In this document: one piece after another, positions 30,735 to 39,830 of the stretch
How positions within the stretch are numbered: position 1 is the stretch's first letter
How the letters are laid out: each line of letters starts with the position of its first letter
Assembly (NCBI GenBank): GCA_963665095.1
Contig: OY762069.1
Coordinates: 5,536,001-5,600,000 of the forward strand
DNA: 64,000 nt
Source: an uncultured Desulfobacter sp.
GTDB lineage: Bacteria; Desulfobacterota; Desulfobacteria; Desulfobacterales; Desulfobacteraceae
Reading direction: 5' to 3'
Notes under the pieces: model-generated
Database searches by the model: none
The model's input: only the letters and a program-made list of their open reading frames with translations
Told to the model about the DNA's origin: nothing
Translations under genes and position numbers: made by a program

Positions 30735-31736
30735 TTAAAAGGTGTAGGTAAGTCCAATTGAAAACACAGATGAATCATGGTCTGCGCCGCCACCGTCAGG
30801 ATAGCTTGCAGCAACGCCATAGTCATAATAATACCAGATGGAATCACCCTGCATCTCGTCATAGTAAAGATATGAATACCCGATATCCACGGCAAAATGC
30901 CTGGTTATATTTAAAATCGCTTTAATATCAAAGGCGAACATATCACCGTTTTCGAGTTCGTCCTCTGTGACAAGGTTTCTCATGTAGTGATGATCAACCG
31001 CCTTACACTCTGCAAAGGGTGAATAAATGGCGCGTGCCGAAAGCGAAAACATTCTGCCCAGGGTTAGGCCAAAACCAAGGCCGGTGTAAACCGCACGAAA
31101 TGTCTGCTCATAGCCGATTGCAGGCTCGCCTTCGTCAAACGAACCTGTTGTATCCCGGAAGTCTGTGTCTGTATAAACATAGGTGCCGCCATAAGATTCC
31201 CAGTTGAAATTATCTCTTTTAAAGCCGATCAGGCAGGCGATGCTTAACACCCGGTTATTAATAAATCTCCAGCCGGCATTAACATCCAGCATATTGGCCT
31301 CGGTGACATCCGTATCTTCGTGGTGTGACCAGTGGGTCCAGTCGCCGCCAACATTTGTCCAGTCATAATCATCCATAGTGCCGTCGCCGTCTGTTGCCTT
31401 AAACCATCCGTCTATCTTGAAAAACCATCTTCTTGCAATGGTAAGGGACCCGTTGATATTAGCCATGTAAAGGTTGTCTATTTTCCAGGTTAGCTCGCTT
31501 GCCTTATGATTGTTGTTTTCCGGCCAGAAAACAAGTTCCTTTGATTCACCCGTTAAATAGCCTGCGCCCAGTCCAATAGAAAATTTAACCACACCATCTC
31601 CCAGCTCAGCTATCTCAGGTGTTCGCCCCAACCCCCTTACCGTGGCAGCCGCCTGAACCATTGAGGCCGTTAAAATAAGATATGCACAGAAAATAAGACC
31701 GGCAGTACCGTAAACCAGTTTGCTTCTGATCGTCAT
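30735..31736 (-). CDS. Omptin-family outer-membrane protease (copy 2)
   Basis: Same motifs as copy 1; ends in YTF; GGAGG ribosome-binding site before ATG 31736. Confidence 0.85.
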   Translation of the reverse strand: MTIRSKLVYGTAGLIFCAYLILTASMVQAAATVRGLGRTPEIAELGDGVVKFSIGLGAGYLTGESKELVFWPENNNHKASELTWKIDNLYMANINGSLTIARRWFFKIDGWFKATDGDGTMDDYDWTNVGGDWTHWSHHEDTDVTEANMLDVNAGWRFINNRVLSIACLIGFKRDNFNWESYGGTYVYTDTDFRDTTGSFDEGEPAIGYEQTFRAVYTGLGFGLTLGRMFSLSARAIYSPFAECKAVDHHYMRNLVTEDELENGDMFAFDIKAILNITRHFAVDIGYSYLYYDEMQGDSIWYYYDYGVAASYPDGGGADHDSSVFSIGLTYTF

Positions 31737-31949
31737 ATAATCCTCCATATAAAAATTGATTTTCGAAAATAAAATACAGATTAAGTTAACATGGCTTTAT
31801 CATGGACATAAAAAGCCCCTAAAAGGGACATTGATAACCTGGTAACCTACAAAGATTTAGATGGGATTATAAATGGATATCGATACAACTGGCAACAGGT
31901 AATCTTAATGATTTACAGAAGACACCTCTTTATACCTGCATTATATGAA

Positions 31950-32175
31950 TAATTAGTGCCTGAACGAAAACCCCGTGTTTGGTGTTTGGATGGCTCGCAA
32001 GAGGGGCGCATGCCCACAAAGTTGCCCAGATGCAAGGCGCAAGCAAAGCTGGAACCTCAAGCGTACTTAAGTACGTGGGGCCCGATTATATGATTTGGCA
32101 GCTTTGTGCAGCAACGCCGCAAGTAAATGATTTTTTGAACTGAAGCTCCTCTTCGAGCCGTTCAAACACTTATTA
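31950..32175 (+). mobile_element. Palindromic MITE copy 2 (214-bp expanded body 31956-32169)
   Basis: Same ends and core as copy 1 with insertions in both arms; flanks TAATTA and TTATTA. Confidence 0.8.
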
Positions 32176-34296
32176 TACAGGAATGAACACCATGCAGAGG
32201 ACATCATTAACATACCCGTCCTCACGCTTGTATTCCCTGTATCCTTCAGACACCTGTATCCCCATGGCATAGGACCGGGCACCAAGTGTGACCACATCAG
32301 ACTTTCTGGCCCCATTTTTCAGTGAAAAGAATTTATCCTCTATGGACAGGTCGGATCCCACAGGATAGTCAGGCGTAGTTGAGGAGATAATTTTTTTTGC
32401 CCGGTCTGCAAATACGGCAAAACTACCCTCAATAATCTCTTTATTCTCATTTTTTGGCAGAATATCCGAAAGCATGGCCTTAAACTGAGGTTCGGCATCA
32501 AATACAATAAGAATGGTACCCACTGGCCGGGTTATATCTTCCGGGTCGCGCACGGCTGTACCATAAACATAGGTGAACCGCCCCCCGTAAAGGGGCGTTG
32601 AAGAAAATTGAGTCACACAATAATCTTTGCCTGATGGCAACGCCATGGCCCGGCTTACGATGTTCCCGGGTATTTTCATGCCGACGAAATCCTGGCCCTT
32701 GGGAAGATCGGGCTGTACAAACCGCTCTTCAAGCTCATGGGGCGGATTTGAAACGGCCACCACCTCTCCTGCGCCATCTGTCAGCACAAGCCTTAAGTAA
32801 GGGGTGTACAGATTATTGATGTATTCCAGGTTATCCCTGAGGGCTTCGGCAGCCTGTTTTTCAAGACGGTTTCGGTTCAGGCCGGCCAAAGTGCTGCGAA
32901 ACAATGGGGTCAGCGCCCACCAGCACACATCATTGGCTCTTTCGTACAGATTTCTGTCGGCAATATTATTTCCCTGAAAGGCCCTGAACTCAACGTCAGT
33001 GAATAAAGAGGCGGCCACGGTCTGCTGGAGGCTGTCAATGGCCGAGTGGAAAAGACGGTCTATTTCCACTCCGATCTCCTCTACAAAATGAAGAATCTCA
33101 ACAAAGGTCTTGTCCTTGAACTTGGCGGCCTGGATAATGCCATTGAGTCCGTCGATTTTCATATTGGTTAAAAGATCATCAGAATCTTTTTTAATGACGG
33201 CCAGGTCCCGGGAAAAATTCTGGATCTGCCGGATGGTATCGTGGTCAATCGATGTCTGATTTTCATCCTTTGAAAAGGCTATGGCCGTATCTATCATGGC
33301 AAAACCATGCCAGGGCAGACCATAAAACCCCTGATATCCGTCTGTAGGCACGATGCAGGCCAGATACTCTTTACCATTAACGGAGATGATCTCAAATTCA
33401 GAATCCGAATTCACAGATATGGCAGTGGACACGGGCAGCATTGTGGCAGCGCTGGAACTGATCACCCGGCCTTTATCGTCAAGGATGGCTGAAATAATGG
33501 CGTCATTCCCCTGCTTCAGGTCCGCAAAGATACCGGCCATCTCATCCTCAAAATCAAAACAGAGACATAAGGTGCCTAAGGGCCTTTGGGTATCGGCGTC
33601 TTCAATTTTCTGGGAATAGATCAGAACATCCCTCCTGCCCGGCATCAGGTCGGTGGTCCGGAAGGTTTCAACAAATTTATTCTCATCCGGATCTCTATGA
33701 AGATCAATGGCCTGGGTCCTTGCAAGAAGGCGGTCCCGGGAGAAGGAGACAGGGTTATTTTCATCCAGATTGGCCACCACATTACCATTCAGATCAAGTA
33801 TGATAATTTCATTGTAAACCGTGTACTCATACCGGTACTCTTCCAGCCGGCTTCTTAAGGCATGCCGCTGCTCCTCAAGGCAGTGTGTCCGTGTGTCATC
33901 TGCGGCATGTTTTAAAAAATTAACGATTTCCCCATCTGTGGCCAGATACCCCACATCAGCTGTGCGCTCAAACAAATTTCGTTTCAGAATATTGATGGTG
34001 AATCCGGCTGCATCCCGGATTTCGTGAATTACTTTGCCGGCCATCTCAACAAGCACGGCATCGGTGAGCCGGGCTTGGATCTTCTCATAACGGCTGATAG
34101 TGCTGCTCATATCCTGAATAAGCGGCCCAAAAAGATTGGCAGCTTCTTTTTTCATCCGGCCTGTTTCTATCTTCCCTGCTGTAATCGCGCCCCGCCAGCG
34201 CTGATTAATCTGTTTGAAACGCCCATTGGCGCGGGAAATATCAGTGATAAATTTAAGGAAACGGTCTTTTTGGGAAATAATCGTATCTTGTTTCAT
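32173..34296 (-). CDS. Soluble protein with two Cache-like repeats (possibly signalling/chemotaxis-associated)
   Basis: Internal repeat RNLFERTADVGYLATD...YNEIIILDLNGNVVA versus RNLYERANDVCWWALT...YLRLVLTDGAGEVVA. No signal peptide or TM segment seen. Confidence 0.75.
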   Translation of the reverse strand: MKQDTIISQKDRFLKFITDISRANGRFKQINQRWRGAITAGKIETGRMKKEAANLFGPLIQDMSSTISRYEKIQARLTDAVLVEMAGKVIHEIRDAAGFTINILKRNLFERTADVGYLATDGEIVNFLKHAADDTRTHCLEEQRHALRSRLEEYRYEYTVYNEIIILDLNGNVVANLDENNPVSFSRDRLLARTQAIDLHRDPDENKFVETFRTTDLMPGRRDVLIYSQKIEDADTQRPLGTLCLCFDFEDEMAGIFADLKQGNDAIISAILDDKGRVISSSAATMLPVSTAISVNSDSEFEIISVNGKEYLACIVPTDGYQGFYGLPWHGFAMIDTAIAFSKDENQTSIDHDTIRQIQNFSRDLAVIKKDSDDLLTNMKIDGLNGIIQAAKFKDKTFVEILHFVEEIGVEIDRLFHSAIDSLQQTVAASLFTDVEFRAFQGNNIADRNLYERANDVCWWALTPLFRSTLAGLNRNRLEKQAAEALRDNLEYINNLYTPYLRLVLTDGAGEVVAVSNPPHELEERFVQPDLPKGQDFVGMKIPGNIVSRAMALPSGKDYCVTQFSSTPLYGGRFTYVYGTAVRDPEDITRPVGTILIVFDAEPQFKAMLSDILPKNENKEIIEGSFAVFADRAKKIISSTTPDYPVGSDLSIEDKFFSLKNGARKSDVVTLGARSYAMGIQVSEGYREYKREDGYVNDVLCMVFIPV

Positions 34297-34489
34297 TCTT
34301 CTGACATCTTAATGATCAATAATATATAAAAAATAACAAATTCGTGTAAAATTTATAACAAAAATAGAGATAATAATTAATAATGTCGAAAAAGTAAACA
34401 CGAATTTTGATCAAAAATCTCAACCATAAAAAATAATGTTGACAAAATTATGCGGTCTGTCCTAACGCTAAAGCCGAAAGAACTGTACA

Positions 34490-34653
34490 TAAATAGTGTT
34501 TGAACGAAGAGTCACCCACCTGCGGCGTTGCTGCACAAAGTTGCAATCCTCACGCACTGAAATACGCTCCGGTTGCATCTTTACTTGCGCCTTGCATCTG
34601 GTAAACTCGTCGTCCAAACACCAAACACAAGGTTTTCGTTCAGGAACTAAATA
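34490..34653 (-). mobile_element. Palindromic MITE copy 3 (152-bp body 34496-34647, inverted) with TAAATA direct repeats
   Basis: Reverse complement of copy 1; TAAATA at 34490-34495 and 34648-34653. Confidence 0.85.
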
Positions 34654-34758
34654 CAAAGGATCGCGTAATGGAGGGATCGCCATAACTATATGGCGAATTG
34701 AATTGTAATGACTTTCACATGGCCCTGATTCATTTTTCATGACATATTCAATTTCGAA

Positions 34759-35862
34759 ATGAAAAAAATTTTTATAATAAATACGTCAAAAAAATATTGC
34801 GGGGTGGATGACTATTGCCTTGCTCTCTACGCTCTGTTTAAAGATGACATGAAATTTGTCTTCTTTGTTCGGCAAAATTCAGATTTTTCCAGAATTATAG
34901 AGCAAAAAAATCTCCAGGCTGTTGTGCTTAGAAAAGGATACCTTAGAAATTTAAGATTATTCAAACAAGTGATGGATAAAGAGAGACCGGACATTGTCCA
35001 TATCCAGACAGCAAAAGATTATTATCTGGCAACCGCCGCCCGGCCAAGGCCTGGAATAATCATCACAAGGCACAACAGCGCGCCTCTTCCCTATTATTGG
35101 ATTCACCTTTTTATTTTAAAAAAGGCAGATGTTATAATTACCCTGTCCGAATTCTCAAAAGATGTACTTTTAAGACAATTCCCAAGCCTGATGCCCAAAG
35201 TAACAATGATATATAACAGCGCACCGGGTGCCTGTAATACAACCGGAGATATGCACAGAGAAAAAAGAGAAAACAATAACCAAAATACCAGATTCGGGTT
35301 TATTGGCAGAGTAAACAGCAGGAAAGGAATAGATCATCTTATTCAGGCACTTTCAATTTTAAAAAATGAACTGGGTGAAAAAGGCTTTTCAATTGATGTT
35401 GCAGGCAATTTTGAAAGCAAGGCGTATGAAAAGCGCGTAGATGAAATGATAACGCGTTATTCTCTAAAAAATAATATAAATCTTCTTGGTTTTATTACCC
35501 AAAAGACAAAATTTTATCATGACATTGATGTGCTGATCATTCCTTCTTTGCTGACATTAAGGGAGACCTGTCCCCTGGTTGCCTTTGAGGCCATGAGTCA
35601 TGGTATCCCTCTTGTGAGCTTTGCCAGTGGCGCCATGCCTGAAATTATTGAACACGGACACAATGGTTTTATCTGCAAGAGAGAATCCGCGGCTGAACTG
35701 GCTGATTTATTGAAAAATTTCTGTCATTCAAACGAATTGGCGACAAAAATGGGTAAAAATGCCCATATGAAATATTTGGAGATGTTTTCTTTACAAACTT
35801 TCAGGGAGAAGATGGCAGAAATCTATTTAAAGCGCAAAGCAGGGGCTTGGAGGGAAAACTGA
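34759..35862 (+). CDS. Glycosyltransferase family 4
   Basis: Motifs PDIVHIQ, FIGRVNSRKGID, and ETCPLVAFEAMSHGIP (EX7E). Confidence 0.92.
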   Translation: MKKIFIINTSKKYCGVDDYCLALYALFKDDMKFVFFVRQNSDFSRIIEQKNLQAVVLRKGYLRNLRLFKQVMDKERPDIVHIQTAKDYYLATAARPRPGIIITRHNSAPLPYYWIHLFILKKADVIITLSEFSKDVLLRQFPSLMPKVTMIYNSAPGACNTTGDMHREKRENNNQNTRFGFIGRVNSRKGIDHLIQALSILKNELGEKGFSIDVAGNFESKAYEKRVDEMITRYSLKNNINLLGFITQKTKFYHDIDVLIIPSLLTLRETCPLVAFEAMSHGIPLVSFASGAMPEIIEHGHNGFICKRESAAELADLLKNFCHSNELATKMGKNAHMKYLEMFSLQTFREKMAEIYLKRKAGAWREN

Positions 35863-35953
35863 ATCGCGTAGAGAGCTCTTTTATTTGATAAGGTACAATT
35901 TACGCGGGTGCTTTGACAATTCTAAATTTTTAACCATTGAGGTCAAAAATTCA

Positions 35954-38149
35954 TCATTCAATATCCACAGACCAGCCGATAATCGCCACATCATTGGGAT
36001 CAACATTGCTGGTGTCGTCTGCAACCCAGACCACTACAATATATTTCCCTGCTTCGGTAAACGTATATTCAATGGCATTGGAAGTGACCCATTCTGATGC
36101 CGTCATACTCTCCCATAAGGTTGGATCATAACTGTCTGTACCGTAATTACGGCACATTGAGAACCTGTAATAGTTCGTATTCGCGCAGGTATTTTCTGCC
36201 GTAACAGCAAAGCCCACCGGCTCATCAACAACCTGTTCTCCAGTAATTTCCACCCGGCTAAAATGAATCTTGCATCCCGTGTCTCCGGTATCAACGGACC
36301 AGCCGATAATCGGGACATTGACATTGTCAACGTCAGCGGTATCAGCAGATGTTGCCCAGATAACAACGATATCCTTGCCCTGGCTGTCAAAAAGATATCC
36401 ACAGCTATTGTCTGTAATATACTCAGCATCTGTCATTCTGACCCAGCCGTTTTCATCATAATCTGAAGTTCCGTACCCCTGATTGATGGAAAATCTATAG
36501 GATATATCACTGCCGCTTTCTGCCAGGGAGGTAAGTTTTACAGAGGAACCCGCTGATGGCGTTCCGGTGACTTCCATACCTTTAATCTTACAGCGGCCTG
36601 TCAACGCGACATTCTGCTCAACGGTCTGGGCCAGGGGAATGTCAATATTTGAAAAAGACTGTGTCTGATATCCATCTGCACTCACAGAGACATCATAGGT
36701 TCCGGGCAATACCGAACTGATAAAGGACCCGTCCGGTAACGGATAGAGCGTATACCCCAGTTCCGTCAGCGTAACTTCCGCCGGAGAGATCTGTGACCCG
36801 GTTATTGCATCAAAGACGGCTCCTTTGAACCATGAACCGATCCCAAATCCGCAGGGATCCACAATAATGCCATTGGCCTCTCCGTCAGCGTCTGCTTCTC
36901 CACCATCGGTAATTTCAATGACAGCTGATTTCCGGTCCGTGCTGAATTGCGCATAATCAGAATAATCAATCCAGCCGGTCACAGGATGATATACATACCA
37001 TGAAGCATTCTCGGGAGCAGCTTCACTGAAATAGATTTTTACGTGGACCGTATCCCCGGGATTGAGGACTGTGATATTATATGTCATTAGCCCAAGAGGC
37101 ATGGTTTCGGGTCGTAAATCATAGGAGATGGTATCCGGATCAATCGCATCAACATTTCGGATGTCAACCCCTTCTGTAGAGACAGCCGCACTAACGCCTA
37201 ACAGCCCAGTCCCATCAATTGCAAGAAATGTTTTAATTTCGTCTGTCTGTTGAATATCCGGTATCCCGTCATCATTTAGATCGGCTCTCTGGTCTTCAAT
37301 GACATCGGGAATCCCGTTTCCATCTGAATCCGCAAAAATCCTTTCGGTTGTAAAAGAAAACGCCTGGGACCACGGAGAAACCTCGCCCCGGTTGTCTGTA
37401 AAACGAGCCCGCCAAAAATAAGTCGTCCCTTCCGCCAAAAGAGAAAAAGGAATCTGAAGGTCAAAAATATCTCTTCCAGTGGACTGGGACAGGACAATGT
37501 ACGAAAAGCCCTCCGAATCACTGATCTGCCACTGGGCTTGAAGAAAAGTATCCTCCTCACCAGGATCGTTAATCTCCAGGGTGGACACCATTGAGACATT
37601 GGTTGCCTGATCCTCGGGAAAGACGGGTTCAGGCGTTTCAGGGGGATTTGCTTCAACACCGTAGATATCCATTGTAAAGGCACAGGAATAACAAAGCCCG
37701 TCAGCGCTGCATCGGGTATAGGTCCCTGACGCATTATCAGGCGGCTGTACAGATGAAACAGTAAACTGGATGACACCGGTGCTCTGGTCGTCAAATTCAA
37801 CAGGGGATTCGCTGTTATTGTATCTTGCGCCTTCTACATTGCCTGTAACCCTTATCGCTTCCTGTCCATCACCTAATTCAAACGTATCATCCTCATCTCT
37901 TTGGAAAATATACCCGGCTGTAAATGTGGGTGCATAATCGGTTTCATTATCGCAGTACACTTTGGTAATTTGGAATCTATCCCATTCACCTTCAGCGATA
38001 GAGTATTTTATTGTCTCAGCACAAAGCATGGACAACGGCAGAAAGAAAAGAACACATGTAACGCCTGCCACGCTATGGCAAAGGGCTTTTTGAAAAAAAA
38101 ATTTTGAAAATGACAACACATTGGAATTTTTGTCTGTATTAAATTTCAT
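35954..38149 (-). CDS. Exported acidic multidomain protein (FN3-like, Ca-binding DxDxxGxPD, choice-of-anchor-U-like, carboxypeptidase-regulatory-like, two C-terminal repeats)
   Basis: Signal peptide; motifs YFWRARF..W.S, DSDGNGIPD/DLNDDGIPD, DGGEADADGEANGIIVDP, PGTYDVSVSADGY; tandem ~105-aa repeats at the C-terminus. Confidence 0.85.
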   Translation of the reverse strand: MKFNTDKNSNVLSFSKFFFQKALCHSVAGVTCVLFFLPLSMLCAETIKYSIAEGEWDRFQITKVYCDNETDYAPTFTAGYIFQRDEDDTFELGDGQEAIRVTGNVEGARYNNSESPVEFDDQSTGVIQFTVSSVQPPDNASGTYTRCSADGLCYSCAFTMDIYGVEANPPETPEPVFPEDQATNVSMVSTLEINDPGEEDTFLQAQWQISDSEGFSYIVLSQSTGRDIFDLQIPFSLLAEGTTYFWRARFTDNRGEVSPWSQAFSFTTERIFADSDGNGIPDVIEDQRADLNDDGIPDIQQTDEIKTFLAIDGTGLLGVSAAVSTEGVDIRNVDAIDPDTISYDLRPETMPLGLMTYNITVLNPGDTVHVKIYFSEAAPENASWYVYHPVTGWIDYSDYAQFSTDRKSAVIEITDGGEADADGEANGIIVDPCGFGIGSWFKGAVFDAITGSQISPAEVTLTELGYTLYPLPDGSFISSVLPGTYDVSVSADGYQTQSFSNIDIPLAQTVEQNVALTGRCKIKGMEVTGTPSAGSSVKLTSLAESGSDISYRFSINQGYGTSDYDENGWVRMTDAEYITDNSCGYLFDSQGKDIVVIWATSADTADVDNVNVPIIGWSVDTGDTGCKIHFSRVEITGEQVVDEPVGFAVTAENTCANTNYYRFSMCRNYGTDSYDPTLWESMTASEWVTSNAIEYTFTEAGKYIVVVWVADDTSNVDPNDVAIIGWSVDIE

Positions 38150-38445
38150 ATTTTCACACCCTTGACTTAAGGTACGCTTAAAAAACTGTTAAAAATTTAC
38201 CAGCCCCCTCCGCAGAAATAAAAACACAGAGAATCAATCAGATCTAAACTTACCAATAAAACAGACAGTTATAATTTGTCAAACAAATAAACCGTTAAAG
38301 TTGACAGACGTTTTTAATTAATAGTATTAAGCAATTGATCTCTACAATACAACTATTTTTACAAGTTATGGTACAATCGGGGTCGTAATATCCGGCAATA
38401 CCGACATCAACGTTTCACTGTTTCACTAATTCGGGAAACTGACCC

Positions 38446-39807
38446 ATGCAAGGCTTACGTAAAACATACCCGGCCCAATTGCTATATTATATAATGCTGT
38501 TGCTCTTAACCGGTACAAGTTTTCTTATCCCGACTCAGGGTCGCGCCGATCTAAGCACCACAGATACGATTGAGCTGTATGGTTCCCCCAATCCCGTAGG
38601 ATCCGGAGCCAGAGCACTTGGCATGGGCGGAGCTTTTATTGCCCTTGCCGATGACGCAACAGCAGCGTCCTGGAATCCAGGCGGCCTGATTCAGCTTGAG
38701 CTTCCTGAAATATCGGTCGTGGGGGCCTATTTTGACCGAAGTTTAGACACTGAATTCACGGATTTTCCTGAAGCCCGGAATGAACAACATGCATCAGATA
38801 CAAGCATCAACTACCTAAGTTTCTCATATCCCTTTTATGCTTTGGGCCGAAACATGACGGTCTCATTCAACTATCAGGAACTGTACAACTTCGATAATCA
38901 ATGGAGTTTCCATGTCATTGAAAACAACGATACAACGACCCGACAGATTAACGGCTGGCAGGAAGGGTCCCTGTCAGCCTTCGGCCTCGCCTTATGTGCC
39001 GAGGTTTACCGGAATCTGTCTTTTGGGCTTACATTAAACTTCTGGCAAGATGGCATGGGGCATGAGAACCAGTGGGAACAGCGCACGCGAAAAAACAGTT
39101 CCGGTGTAAACGGCAGCTATAGTTTCACCCAGAGTGAATATTACACAGATCGATATGAATTCAGCGGATTTAACGCCAATCTTGGTTTTCTGTGGAATAT
39201 AACACCCAAACTGACAATGGGAGGGGTGCTTAAAACCCCTTTCACCGCGGATCTGACGCATAAGGCCCATTATACCACCCAACTGGAATTTCCCGGTTAC
39301 CCGGATTCCACAAGTACCATGGACTATTCTTCCTCGACAGATGAAAAACTTGACATGCCAATGTCATACGGGATCGGGATTGCCTGGCGGGCATCGGATC
39401 GACTCACCGTTTCAGGGGACCTGTACCGTACCGAATGGGAAGATTTCCTTCTTACCGATGGAAATGGGAAAAAAACATCCCCCATAACAGGAAAGTCCAA
39501 GGGAGATTCAGATATAGACCCGACCCATCAGGTTCGGCTGGGCGTTGAATATTTACTCATCAAACCCAAATACGTCATTCCGTTACGCAGTGGAGTATTT
39601 TACGATCCGGCTCCTGCAGAAGGCCACCCGGATAACTATTTTGGATTAAGTCTGGGATCCGGGCTTGCCTACAAAAAATTTATTTTTGATTTTGCCATCC
39701 AGTATCGATTTGGAAACGATGTGGGCGCATACGCCTCCCAGGACTTGGATTATTCACAGGATGTGCAGGAAATTATAGTCTATTCATCTTTTATCATTCA
39801 TTTTTAA
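38446..39807 (+). CDS. FadL/OmpP1/PorV-like outer-membrane beta-barrel
   Basis: Signal peptide; motif GSGARALGMGGAFIALADDATAASWNPGGL; terminal Phe. Confidence 0.88.
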   Translation: MQGLRKTYPAQLLYYIMLLLLTGTSFLIPTQGRADLSTTDTIELYGSPNPVGSGARALGMGGAFIALADDATAASWNPGGLIQLELPEISVVGAYFDRSLDTEFTDFPEARNEQHASDTSINYLSFSYPFYALGRNMTVSFNYQELYNFDNQWSFHVIENNDTTTRQINGWQEGSLSAFGLALCAEVYRNLSFGLTLNFWQDGMGHENQWEQRTRKNSSGVNGSYSFTQSEYYTDRYEFSGFNANLGFLWNITPKLTMGGVLKTPFTADLTHKAHYTTQLEFPGYPDSTSTMDYSSSTDEKLDMPMSYGIGIAWRASDRLTVSGDLYRTEWEDFLLTDGNGKKTSPITGKSKGDSDIDPTHQVRLGVEYLLIKPKYVIPLRSGVFYDPAPAEGHPDNYFGLSLGSGLAYKKFIFDFAIQYRFGNDVGAYASQDLDYSQDVQEIIVYSSFIIHF

Positions 39808-39830
39808 CCAATGCCAAGAGGGCTTTTACG

